The translations under genes and the position numbers were made by a program. Positions 11,460-23,205 of a stretch of 64,000 bases of DNA are shown piece by piece. A model generated the notes under the pieces. The model made no database searches. It worked only from the letters and a program-made list of their open reading frames with translations, and was not told the origin of the DNA. Origin of the DNA: Amphiscolops sp. MND2022. Its lineage: Eukaryota. How positions within the stretch are numbered: position 1 is the first letter of the stretch; the number at the start of each line of letters is the position of its first letter. The DNA is taken from contig OZ076409.1 of assembly GCA_964187785.1 (NCBI GenBank), positions 94,614,001 through 94,678,000 on the forward strand, written 5' to 3'.

Positions 11460-12413
11460 TGTAACGGCTGCTTGCACTTATCCTGCGCTGAGGCTTGACA
11501 AGCTTTACGCCGCCCTGATCCGTTGCTTAGTGCTGTGGACCGTCACTAAACAATTCCTGGTTTCTTGTTTTAAAGGACTGTATCTTTTAGCTTGATGGGT
11601 CCGATGTGACCCGTGGAATCTCCTGCGATTCCTCTTTGCACTGATTTGGATCCGATGTGATCCTGCACACACACTTCCCTCACAGTATCTTCACGCGCTC
11701 CGGCTCTCCAACTATGAGAGTAGCTACTTAGTCGCTCTGACTCTAGCGAAAAGTTGTGAAGATTGAGAAGTAGATTAATTAGTCTCGCGGTCCTGAGACC
11801 CAACTTGACTATTGCTATTCAGTGGAGAAAATCTCTATCTAACAATGGTATACATATTTTTTACAGTTCTACAGTAAATATAAGCAAATATCAGTTGAAA
11901 TATGTGGTATAAATAAATGACATTTAAAGCATAATATGAAGTTATTGGCTATGTAAACAAACTATGTGGTGGTTTTGGCATGTTGGTCAGGTGGGGTAGA
12001 AAGTATGTTTACACAATGTAAATATCATTAATTTCAACAGAGTTACATTTCCTTCAAGGTCATATGAGAAAATCTTATAATAATTAATACATCAAAATTG
12101 GGTAATTCATGGGGTCCGACCTAGGTCACTTTGGGTGTTAATAGCTCAGAACCCAGGGGAGATACGGGGTTAGTTGTTCCCAGTGAAAAGTTAGGATAGC
12201 ACCACTACTATACGTGTGCCAAGTTTGAAGGTGATTGAATGAGTGGTTTATCGGGACGGGGGGGTGGCCCTTTTTGGTGACGCCATATTTCTGGTGAAAC
12301 TTGTAAATTTTCCAACTAAAATCTTGACAAAGTTTCTAAGTGTTTTGAGTTATAAGTTTCATCAGTCACGTTCGAATTTGAGTTTCTGATCTCGCAATTG
12401 ACTGGCGCCTACA
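11460..12413 (-). repeat. 5' LTR of the BEL/Pao element (954 bp)
   Basis: Direct repeat of 3666-4618, followed by the TSD ATATC. Confidence 0.97.
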
Positions 12414-12822
12414 ATATCCATGGAGGGTAAACCCGGAAGTGAAAACGAAAATCCTCTACACTGTTTTTCTATAAAAGATCTACCAACCTGCATCAAATTT
12501 AAAAGCGACGTTATTGAATGAAATTGACATAGTTTTATCATGTATTCAGTACTATATGAAGGACCGAAAGGTTCCCCCTTAGGATTTTTGACACTGTGGG
12601 TCGTTTTTTTTTGAAAGAAAACTTTGAAACAGAATTGGCTTTTTCAGATTTTCAGTTACATAAGTGTGTTTTATTTTTGGAAATTTCCGCAGAAACGACC
12701 TGAGCTCTTTTTTTAAGAAAAAACAACGCGCTTTTTGAGCCTTAAGCGGGGTGCCGACCTCAGACGTTCCCGTCTTGTTGTTCACTGGGAAAATTACAAA
12801 GTGAAAGTTAAAAACCATTCTA

Positions 12823-13300
12823 CCCAGAGTTCGATATCTTTAATATGTTGCCAAGATCTTGCCAAATTCTACCAAGATCTTCCAACACCTTGCAAGTTCT
12901 GGCGAGATCTTCGAAGAAATCGAAGATAGAATCCAAGATCTTGTCAACATATCCAAGATGAAATCCAAGATCTTGTCAAGATATCAAAGATGAAATCCTA
13001 GATCTTACCAAGAAATCCAAGGTAGATTCCAAGAATATATTTGTCGAACATGTGTTTTTTCTGCAAGCAACGCTTCCAGAAACTGAACAATGTCCTTACT
13101 CTGAGGTGGAGGCTCTCTGCTAATGTGTAGTTATATAACACTCGTGACAGGGCTCAAAGTGTTCAATATGTCAAAATAAAACCTAAGATCTTTTTAAGAT
13201 ATTCAAGAATTCAAGATTTTCCTAAGATCTTGGCAAGATATTCAAGAATTCAAGATTTTCCTAAGATCTTGGCAAGATATTCAAGATGTCAAACGCTGGG
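12823..13300. mobile_element. MITE with ~18-bp imperfect TIR (CCCAGAGTTCGATATCTT / AAGATGTCAAACGCTGGG), flanked by TA
   Basis: Inverted termini, TA on both sides, internal caagatctt repeats. Confidence 0.65.
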
Positions 13301-13349
13301 TAGTCACCATTTTGTAGCGAACATTGTTTTGCATGTATCAATGTTTGAG

Positions 13350-13549
13350 GCGCTACATCTCCTACATCGAAAACTCTAATGACAACCACTGAAGAAGCAT
13401 CAGTGGTCCAAGAAACAGCAACGACAGAAGAAGCAACAAAGACTGAAGAAGACGAAACGTTGGACGAAGAAAAAACGACGGAAGAAACATCAACAGCCGG
13501 AGAAACCACATCGATTGAAAAAAGAACAACAGTGGAAGAGAAAACAACA
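13350..13549 (+). CDS. Thr/Glu-rich mucin-like stalk exon of a putative lectin-domain gene
   Basis: ATSPTSKTLMTTTEEASVVQETATTEE...EKTT; putative phase-0 donor |GTAACT at 13550 matches the next exon; 5' acceptor uncertain. Confidence 0.5.
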
Positions 13550-13723
13550 GTAACTACCTCTTCATGTGGGTGACACTTTTACTATGCACTCTACCAATTT
13601 CAGTCTTTCGCATGGTTGAAAAGTATCATCAGTTGTTTTTAATTGGCGCTCTTTGCTAAAAAAAAGTCGCGACTAGTACATAGATTGGTTATTTATCCAG
13701 CCTCACACTGAAATTTCTGTGTT

Positions 13724-14653
13724 TTCCCGGGTTGGAAATCAACCGCAGTCCACCGGTGGTCACCGATGTTCCACCGAAGCCCCACCGGTGGACCACTGCG
13801 GTGACATCCGCAGATTTTGCTGTGGCCACCGGTGGACCACCGGTGAAGGTACTCACAGTCCCACCGGAGATTCCACCGGTGGTCACCGATTGTTCTACCG
13901 ATGGTTCAAGGATGATGCAGGTCCTATCAAAAATCGGCAGAAGTTCAACAGAATTATAGAGCAAAAATTAAAAAGGCGCAAATTTCACGGAAATATGGGA
14001 TTCAAATCTACACTTGAATACAATTGAGATCTATATTTGGATACATCGAAATCAATAAATTATGAAAATCATTTGACTATAAAATCTAGTTTTTGGGTGG
14101 AGAAATTAACGAAATATCACCTAAAAAGGCAACAAAAAAGCCTAAAAAAAGCGCAAATTTTGCGAAAACCATGGGATTCAAATCTACTCTTGAATACGAT
14201 TGAGATCTATATTTGGATACATCAAAATCAAAAAATTATGAAAATAATTTGACTATAAAATCTAGTTTTTAAAAGAAAAAATTAACAAAAAAACCCAAAA
14301 ATTGTGAAAATCCTACCTATCTTGCTGCTGCAGGATAACCGGTGCCGAAAAGCGTCCTTAATGCTACCCGGCCCATCAAGGTAACCCTCAGAAATCAATA
14401 AGTAACAATATAACAGTAAAAACATGCATAAAACCCAAAAAAGAATGACCGTAAAAATTTGACGCACTGAAATTTGAGTTATTTTGAGTTTTTCAAATTT
14501 TTCAAAAAAAGTTTCTCCGGTGGCCACCGGTGGAATTACGGATCGAAACTTATGAACGTCTTCCACCGGTGGGAAATTTAACGATAACTGTCGTTACCTC
14601 GCAAACTTTTATCGTGCGTGGTTGTTCAGCACGTTATTGTGGTTTCCCACCGG
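13724..14653. repeat. Repeat rich in the palindromic CCACCGGTGG motif, with an internal ~177-bp tandem duplication
   Basis: Multiple ccaccggtgg at 13750-13885 and 14515-14572; about 13970-14095 is duplicated at about 14147-14272. Confidence 0.65.
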
Positions 14654-15329
14654 TCTAAACATTTTGAAATTTATCAGCGTACAATTGGCCAAAAGGTTTT
14701 TTTGGAATTTTTCCGTACTCTTTAGCATTTTCTCAGAATATTTTTTCTTTTGCTAAAAAGTCCCGCCGTTAGTTTTTGGACGCCGTTAGTTTTCAGTAAA
14801 TAAAATTATTTTTGGACGTTTTCAGTTTTTTTGTGCCTAAAGGGTCTCTACTTTGCTTTTTTGGGCACTGTGTGACCATTTTTCCTTCTTAGAACGCACG
14901 TATCAACTTTTTTTAAAACTATGTTGGATTTTCCTTGTTTCAAATTAATTTTTTCAGTAATTGTGAAAAGGACTTTCTCCGGCTTTGTGCGGCTTTTCAC
15001 CAAGTTTTTTTTCTTCTCAACAGAGGTTCAGTTTACAAAACACGTTTTTAGGTATACAGAGGTACATTCTTGGTTAATTTCGTCACTGTGCGATTTTTTT
15101 GGGGAAAAAATCAAAAAAGAACACGAATTTGGGGTTTGGTGATATTTTCAGTTTAGCAAAGTTTTTTTATTCCTACAGTTCTCCTTGGAAATGTTCTGAT
15201 GTAACAGTGTACAAAAGTTGTCACAGTACCATAAGGTCTCTTGTTTTGTTTCATGTGAGCTTTGTGAACTTTTTTCTTTTAGCGCCACCCATGGTTTGTG
15301 AAGCTGAGTTTGGTAAGTTGTCTGTTAAT

Positions 15330-15624
15330 AACAAGCCGGGAACGGCCCAAATCGACGCAATATCTAATGCTCAAAAAAGCAAAAAGGACTTCAGAGTGTC
15401 AGGAAAATGTTATATCAGAACTTGGAAAACGTTATATCCGAACTTTGAAAACGTTATATCCGAACTTTGTAAACGTTACATCCGAAGTTTGAAAACGTTA
15501 CATCCGAACTTTGAAAACGTTATATCCGAGCTTTGAAACGTTTTATCCGAACTTTGAAAACAGTTGAACAAATGAACAAAAAAAATACTCGAACACTTTT
15601 CGTGGGAAAAGCGCCGACTAAAAA
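15330..15624 (+). mobile_element. Helentron-like non-autonomous element (HINE/DINE-1-like family), containing a 22-bp tandem repeat
   Basis: 5' AACAAGCCGGGAACGGCCCAAATCGACGC and 3' GAAAAGCGCCGACTAAAAA; about 6 units of aaaacgttatatccgaactttg at 15417-15560. Confidence 0.65.
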
Positions 15625-15662
15625 CAGTTCCTTGCTTAACTGTTCACTTTCATATTTTTAAG

Positions 15663-15897
15663 TCTTGGTTTTCTGAAACAGCTCGTACTACTGGGCAGCT
15701 GGAAATCGTTTCCTGTGACTCTATGGCAGTGAAAGACGATAGCCGATCATGTACGAACATGTTCGATGGTTCCCTTTCAAGAAGTGTGAAAGAAGGAGCA
15801 TGTTTTGTGACAAAGAGCAGTTTCAAAGGCTGGCTGGAAGTGAAACTGGAAAAAACATCCGTGGTTGAAAGGATCGTTATGCTATCCAAAGGAAACG
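15663..15897 (+). CDS. Exon: N-terminal half of an F-type lectin (FTP) / galactose-binding-like domain
   Basis: tttttaAG| acceptor; SWFSE...SCTNMFDG...CFVTKS..GWLEVKL...VVERIVML; G|GTGAGT phase-1 donor. Confidence 0.65.
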
Positions 15898-17140
15898 GTG
15901 AGTCTTGCGGCGTTGGTAAGAGCGTTATGTTATTTTCAGAATGAGGGGAATTGAGGTTTTTATTGACAAAGTCGTTATGAGAAATACTCGTTTTGAAACT
16001 ATATCAGTGATAGTTGAAGCAAACTCAAAGGTTCGAGATTTCTTTTGTATCCCTGAAAAAAATTTAAGGAAAACCGTAAAACGTACACAGGTAAGGGGTT
16101 GATATGTGTTTTTTTAAAAAAAACGGTTAGTGCTATTAAGTGTAAAAAATTCAAAAATAATAATCTCCCAGGTGAACCTTCATACAATTTCTGCAGGAAT
16201 CTGTCAAATTTCATTTCCAAGATCTTGGAAGGCAATGCATTATTCTTGCAGTATCTTGGACAATCTTGGAAGAAAATGTCTGATCTGCCAGAATCTGACA
16301 TGTTTGCCTGAAATGTAAGATACCAATGCTCCTTTAAATGTAGGACTTTTTGAAAATGAAAACAAGATTCCCTAATTTTCATATATTTTCATAAGCTGCC
16401 GTAGTTTTGAATGGTATAGTTTACTCGAAGGCTTTTTTCAATGTCCTGCATAATTTTCCGCTTAAGCTTAATTTAGCGGTGATGTCGCTTCAAACCTTTG
16501 CAAAAGTTATATACTCTCGATCAAAACAAAATTTACAAGATTCAAAGCACTTTGTGTAATTGCACACACCATAATCCAAGAGAAAGGTTTGCAATAAAGG
16601 CAGATTACGCAATTATGTAGAGTAAACCAGTTACACGTAAAAGAAAAGACGGGACTTGAAAATTGGGACCATGTGTTCAATCGTCCCCGTGTGTGTTCAA
16701 CCAAGCGACCGCAGGGGGGAAATAAGACACCACGTTCAAATACCATTAAGTCGACATTGTTTTTTGGTCCAATAAAATAATTGACGAAATCTTATCCATT
16801 ATATTGACTGTCAGTTAAGAGTTGCTCATTCTATTTTATCACGGAGAAAATTTGCGCTGAAATAGGGGCCTTTTTATATTTTTTTATCTAGTTCCATGCG
16901 TGATTTTTTGGACAATAATTTTAAAAAATAGGGTAATTTTTTTTGCTTGAAGTGTCCAAACAGTTGTAGAGACAATCCTTTAAGTATATAAATTCATATA
17001 ATATTCTCTTGTTAGTGAAATATTTCTAATCAAGAACAACTTGTGCTTTCGTGTTGGCGGGAAATTCCCAACAAAATGTACCTGGGGGGAATCGATGACA
17101 TGGTCCCTTTTTCGTTTAAGTTTAATGTAACTGTTTTCAG

Positions 17141-17337
17141 GGGATGGATTGGCGGGCGCAATTGTGAGTGTATGTACAGACAACAATAAACATTGTGAGC
17201 GTTTTGGCAAAGTGTACAAAGTGAAAGCAGACAAATGCACCATTGTGAATGGAGATGGTGTGGAAGGAAATATGGTCAGATTCTACATGGCAGACAGCTC
17301 TCTAGCCATCTGCGAACTGAGGATATACGGGGTCTGA
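17141..17337 (+). CDS. Terminal exon: C-terminal half of the F-type lectin-like domain
   Basis: ttttcAG| phase-1 acceptor in frame with the previous exon; DGLAGAIVSVC...GNMVRF..SLAICELRIYGV* resembles the FTP-type LxxCEVEVYG end. Confidence 0.7.
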
Positions 17338-17399
17338 AAACTGTGAAGAAAAAAACCATAGATTCATTGGAAGGGGATGAGTACACTTTGTGGAGAAGG

Positions 17400-20250
17400 G
17401 TTTATTATTTGACACAGAAAAAACAGTCTCGGAAGTATTTATTAATAATAGTGAATTTGAAACAACCTAAATTTACTTTACTGAGAGATGATGATTCTTC
17501 ATATCATAATAGGAGCAGCCAACAGGTACTACTAACAATTACCTACAGCTGCACTGTAACTAAATTAAAGTCATTGAAAATAGACCACGGATAGCCTAGA
17601 ACTGGCTAAAAGACAATGAATTGATATCCAACGATATCAAGCATTTAGGCAACTTGCAAATAACTGTACAATTCAGAAACATTACAGAACTTTATATCAT
17701 AGGTAACAATCTTAGCACATCGACTTTAATAAAATTGTTCATAGCTATATTATTCAATTTAATGGTTAAACTAAATACTTGTCTATTTAAGAATGTTAAA
17801 CACTTTCCAACATTTCATTCTATGCACGGGATGTTCAGTTTCTTTTATGATTTGAGACATGAAAAGATGATTCTGTTTCGTCTTAATACTCTCATCGGAG
17901 CTTTTATTTTTAGATATGGATTCTGGAATGCTGATCCACAGGGCAATCGCTCTTTTCATGAAACAGTTCGGTAAAAACTCGGTCGTGGCATATGCGTCAA
18001 AAATAACTGTGTTTGTTCTTTGAAGAAGCTCAATTTTGGCTCTGGATAATTCATGCAGCCCATTGAATGCAGGAATAAAATGGGTCAGAAGTTACCGGAA
18101 ATAAGTGGTCGCTCTGTATTCAAGAAGTAATCTGTTTGGAAGGTTTTCGTGTTTGAGTTTCAGGTCCCTCGAGGTATCATGATTGTTCCTGTTGCAGCAG
18201 ACTTTAATACCCCAACTTCATTGACTTTCGAGGGTGGTTAGTAGATTTTGAGAGATCCCATTTAGTAATGTTGCCGGATAGTGTAAACGACTGATGACCG
18301 ATGCGTTTAGAAGTGTAATGCATGTTTTTTCCGGAAAAAAGTATTTGACAGTGTATATCGTCTTGATGCCACCAGCCATTTTGTTCAGCAGATGCTTCAC
18401 TTCTAGCCCATACGAGTGATCGGTTTTTTTCAGTTACTGCAAACTCAATGCAAAACGATACTTGTTCTAGAAAAAGATGATAAATAGTTTTTCTTGGATT
18501 ATCGCTAATATTTTTAAGTTGTTTTTCTTTAATTGTGTTCTTTGTGGTCAAATTGCATTCGAAGAATTTTTGCTCAAATGATTGAGGTCTTCTCGTATTT
18601 TAGGATTCAACGTGGTAGAAACAATAAGCATTACACCACCACCACCTCTGTCCTTGTCCGGACATTGCAGATCAATTCTGAACGTTTCGAAAGATTTGGT
18701 GTTCCGAAGCTTTTTGTTATCTAGATCTTTGAGCCAAGTTTCAGATATTCCGAAAAAAATCTACTTGTTCCAAGATCTTGGATCTAATCTTCGAATGTTT
18801 GTCTTTTTTTCAGTAAGCATTGTTATGAAAAGTTTTATTTTATAGTTGTTTTCTTTGACAAGCTTTGTGAGGGACCTAAAATTGACAAATGGACCGGGAT
18901 TTGATCGGACGTCCACGCATTTAAGGAGTTCTAATTTTCCTAGACACGTACTTATGAGTTTATTGCTTTTGAACCTCAAGAGTTTTACTATTGTAGGAAG
19001 TGATTAAAGTGAGTTCATTGATAGCAAGATTCTGTCCTTTGTTGCCGGATTTCGTTGATGAAGTGGATTGCACAGGCACTTCTTTTGCGGTCAATAAAAA
19101 ACTAATAAACCGCAAAAAGTAAAAAATACAAGCTGTTTTTCATTTTTTTTACAGAAGAGCCCGTGCGCCATTTGAAAGAGAGAAACCATCCAATCCCAAC
19201 AAATTACCCATGCAGTGATAAGTGTTCATCGGTTGGTAATCATATCCTTTTCTGAAATTGCGAGTGGACTGATAACGGTAAAAGTTCCAGTGATTACTGT
19301 TATACCGAATGTTATGACGAAAGCCCATGCCCCGCGGTAGGTAGTTGGAGAACCAGGTTATGTACTTCATTAAAATGTTCTTGATCAACGGCAGACCAAG
19401 TTGATCGTTCAAGAGTATATCGTCACAAAAAGTGTTTCTGGGTTGTTGAAAGCGTTTATTTGCTGATTGAGGTTAATAATTGGAATAGACTCATCTTCCT
19501 TGTAGTTATCATGTAGTAAATTGGTCCACTTGTCAATTTTGTAGCTCTTATTGTCGTATCTTCCGGAGCGGCGTAGGGGACGAACTTCACACAATAACAA
19601 TTTTCTAGGCTTGATTTTTTCATTGCACTCCTACACTAAGGATTGAAAATCTTTGAAAAGTTCAGGAACTTCTTGGTTGCGGTTCTTTAGATTGGTTGTG
19701 GTACCATTTGTAGAACGAGGGACTTAGGAGGTTTTTGGATTTCATATTTCTCGACAAGTCCACGTTTTTGTTTGCTGGTTGAGCCAGGATAAGAATGAAA
19801 CTGGACGTCTTGCAAAAGGGAATTATTCGATATTCGCTTTGGTTTTTTATTGCCAGAACTTGCGACTGTACTAACTTTTTCGGTTGAAATTGTTCTCGTG
19901 AGCTTCCATTCAAAATGGATTTCCCCGTTGAAAAAGTCATCTTTTTTGCTAACAGTTGGTTGTTGTCGTCCAAAAGGGTTAGTAATTGGGTCAATCAGAG
20001 TTTCAAGGAGTCCTGTTCTAATGTTTTTACTGATATAAATTCGTATAAATAGAATAAGATTCTCTTTTGTGAAGTTGTTCGTAGGTCTCAAATGATAACA
20101 TTGTCAATAAATTCATGTTTCAACGCACAAGGCTTTCCATTTCACTTTTGCATTACGCAACTGTTTGCAAACAATTCAACCTTATGGTGAATTCCTCCCA
20201 TTCAACCTGATGGAGGATAGTGATTTCCCACTTCACAAGGAATTGTGGGG
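17400..20250 (-). mobile_element. Decayed, internally deleted CR1/L2-type LINE (SGNH-esterase-like ORF1; ORF2 with 2A-like motif, APE N-terminus and RT C-terminal remnant)
   Basis: ORF1 remnants DVQFHSYPGST and LLCEVRP...IINLN..LF; ORF2 LLKCVDVRSNPGP, then GISETWL...RGGGVML (APE), then LLNASVISRLHY (post-RT); many stops and frameshifts; boundaries approximate. Confidence 0.75.
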
Positions 20251-21033
20251 GGGATAATAATCTGAAAAACTGCAGAAACTAGGCCCGTTGTGACTTTTAA
20301 AACGTGGGTTGCATGATTCCCAAATATTCCTGAACAAAATATTTACATCGATCCAGCAAATGGATTACAGGTCTCTAATATGTGAATGGCAAAGGACGAT
20401 AATTATTCAAAATTGGAAATTCAGGGTGCAGCACATATTAGAGTCACACCACCACTGAGCAGAGGGATATGCATCGTTCCGAACTAATTTATCAACCACA
20501 TTGATTGTTTTTGTTCAGCGTATCCGATGCGCTTTCCACTTTTGCCATCTCCGGCAAATGCCTTATTCGTCTTCAGCACGCTATTCAGCTGGGTTTAGAA
20601 CTTGCGTAAGGCTCAACAAAATAGACTTGAGAAGAGATTCGAAACTGTATCCGTTCAAACAAAATAACCGGCAAACACTCTTGACATTTTTAGTTCATTT
20701 TGAACAAATTTCAGAAAAATTTCAAAAAACTCCCATAAAGTGAGCTAAGGTGCCTAAGCTAAGTGGTATTTGTATTGTTTTGTGTTTCTATGATTCTTCA
20801 TACTCACGGATTTTCCAAAAAATGCAAAGTGCAAAAACATTTCTTTTTTCTTCAAACTTCTATGCATTTGATAGTGCGCTGGCTACTCTTGACAATCAAA
20901 ATATGTCGTTGCCAGAACACTTTGAACGAAAAATATGCTGCTGGTCAGCGGGCGTCTTGTTAGACAAGCACTTGGCAAAAATCGTCTTGGAAAAAAGTGT
21001 GGAGTGTCAAGTAGAGAAAAAGAGGGGCTAAAA

Positions 21034-21510
21034 ATAGTGTTCAATGATAATCGTTTCTTTTTAGTCGGCAACCCATACCGGATTTGGCGCAATCCGGATA
21101 TAAAGAATTCCGGATAAAACGAATTCCGTATATAACGTATACCGGATACAACGTTTTTGAAGAATCTTTCAATGGTACAAAAGGCTCCTCCCTTTGAGTT
21201 CTTGGTGCAAACCCAATTTAACTCAAACCGGATATAACGAATTCCGGACATGACGTTTACAGGATATAACTTTTTAAAGACCGGTGGTTTTTCGGAACTA
21301 TGCAATTTTTTATTTGTTTTTCTCGAAGACATTTTCAATTTTCACCAGAAAAATGTCTACCAGAACCGTAACCAAACGTTTTGCGGGCGTAAGAGTCGGC
21401 ACTATGCGGTATACCGGAGACAATTTTCGGAAAAAAAACTTCTGAGATCCAAACCTCCCAGGCATATTTCGAAAACTATGCGCTTTTTGAGCCGGATATA
21501 TCGAATCTAT
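21034..21510. repeat. Dispersed repeat with (ATA)CCGGATA(T)AACG subrepeats
   Basis: Similar to about 2670-2830; the start atagtgttcaatgataatcgttt recurs at about 36817. Confidence 0.55.
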
Positions 21511-22117
21511 TGAGCTATATTCGAATCTATTTCAAGTTTTCTGCAAGCATTTCTTTAAGTTGTCTTTGTACCTTCTAATAGCTACTTGGCCTAGTTAACC
21601 TTGATTTCCAGGCCTGATGACGGGGTTTGGAAAGCAGGAGTATGATTGTCATAGGCTCCCCCTGAGACGGTAACTACTACCAAGTTTTAGTAGAAGGAGA
21701 CAATGCGAACCCTACACCTGGCGTTTTACCGACCTAGACCAAACAGATTGAATGTCCGGACAGCTACACAAAGTCTGAGCAGTCGGAGAAAAGCAGCCCA
21801 ATTTAAACCATACGGACCTTGAGTCCGTTTGGCGACAACGAACTTTCGTTATTTTTGAACACTATGGATACTAATATTCGTCGAAGTGTTCTGTGCTTGT
21901 TACGAAATTAGAATGTTGTTGCGATCAAATGCGATAATATTGAACAATTGACAAATGTAAAATACAGCAATTAAGCATACAATTGAGTAGAAAGAAGGAA
22001 ACGCGTTAAGCTAATTTACCGCTGTTTATTATTGGACGCGTTGTCGATCTTCCACTCAGCCAATCAAAATGCAGTTAAATTCATTCTCTGGTCGGACGGA
22101 CTCACTGTCAGCCATGG

Positions 22118-23205
22118 TGTTATATTGATGCTTGTAGCTTAGCTAACTATTGAATACATATAATGTTGCTGTGAATTACCTAATCATGTAAGTGCTCTAT
22201 ATAGAATGAAAGAACACTCCCGCATAACTTTTAGACTTGTAGTCCTTGCCGCAATAACCCCAAATTTTCTTTAGATGCTATATATTATACACCATCATAG
22301 TGACGCAATGAAAACGTAATCTTTATGGAAGTCTATTACGAAACCCTAGTTTCTATTTCTCGAAACCACAAAAACAGAATTCTGCCTGTCATGGTAAGAT
22401 ATGAATACATATTGCGGGGACTCGCAGTCTAGTAAAGACAATTCTCTGAAAGACCCATTCAAATAACTTGCTTTTCTTTAAGTGATCTCCCTATAACTTC
22501 AATTCAATTTAGTCTGTTTGTAGCAAAGTTTAATAATTTCAATACTTGTTGTCAAATAACCTCCTTGTACTGGACTAATATCGCTTCTTAATTTACTGTT
22601 GCAAAGTTGACACTTTCTCCAATGCCTTCAACTAGAAAGCAGAAAGCAAAAGAGAGAAGGTCTAGACAATCAGACATAATGTCCGACGTGGAGAACGTAG
22701 ACATAATGTTAGGAAGTTATGCAAAAAACAATGATAGAATTAGTCAAAGTGATGATGACATGAATTTGGACTCAGAGTCTAACAGGTCACAACAAAATTC
22801 GAACCTAGTTGGTGAAGATTTTCGATCACTACTTAACACTAATAGTACAAAAAACAGTGAAATGACAATAAAAACAACTAGAATGATCAGCGTCGTAATA
22901 GAAAATCAGGTAACAAGGAGACTTAATGACATCAAGTCGATCTTGAATTCCCAGATTCAGGACGCTATTGAGACCGCTATTACTGATAAAATACTTCCCT
23001 CTATACAAAATGCGTTAGGAATGCAGGGAAGACAAAATTTCACCATGGTAGACCAAAGGTCCATTTGGCGACACAGAAGCCCCGTAGCTAGCACTTCCCC
23101 GAAATTGTGGAAAACTTCCCCAAAACCAATTTTAACCCCAACAATCAAAGTCATGCGTCTCGGAAAAGCTCACGAGACTCCCATGAAGTGACCAAGATTG
23201 TGACA
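22118..23205 (+). mobile_element. Probable solo LTR containing the start of a gag-like ORF
   Basis: TGTTA...GTGACA termini; flanks atgg/atga form an imperfect 4-bp TSD; contains ORF MPSTRKQKAKERRSRQSD (ATG at 22622). Confidence 0.5.
22622..23191 (+). CDS. Hypothetical gag-like N-terminal ORF (basic start, helical middle), probably transposon-derived
   Basis: 190-codon ORF with no splice signature; ends 14 bp before the putative LTR end. Confidence 0.4.
   Translation: MPSTRKQKAKERRSRQSDIMSDVENVDIMLGSYAKNNDRISQSDDDMNLDSESNRSQQNSNLVGEDFRSLLNTNSTKNSEMTIKTTRMISVVIENQVTRRLNDIKSILNSQIQDAIETAITDKILPSIQNALGMQGRQNFTMVDQRSIWRHRSPVASTSPKLWKTSPKPILTPTIKVMRLGKAHETPMK

Larger units (their letters stand above)
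3666..12413 (-). mobile_element. Full-length BEL/Pao LTR retrotransposon
   Basis: Two near-identical TG...CA LTRs, 5-bp TSD ATATC (3661-3665 and 12414-12418), PBS, PPT and a single intact gag-pol ORF. Confidence 0.98.

Noticed and set aside
10932..11595. Several repetitive ORFs (SQRHSSPI, LLCLWEIG and others)
   Set aside because: By-products of a stop-free 24-bp minisatellite
13346..13348. In-frame TGA after CSEHCFAC as a possible selenocysteine
   Set aside because: More simply intronic sequence at a putative acceptor; no SECIS identified
21605..21655. Hammerhead ribozyme (CTGATGA...GAAA...GTC)
   Set aside because: Could not form the required stems by eye
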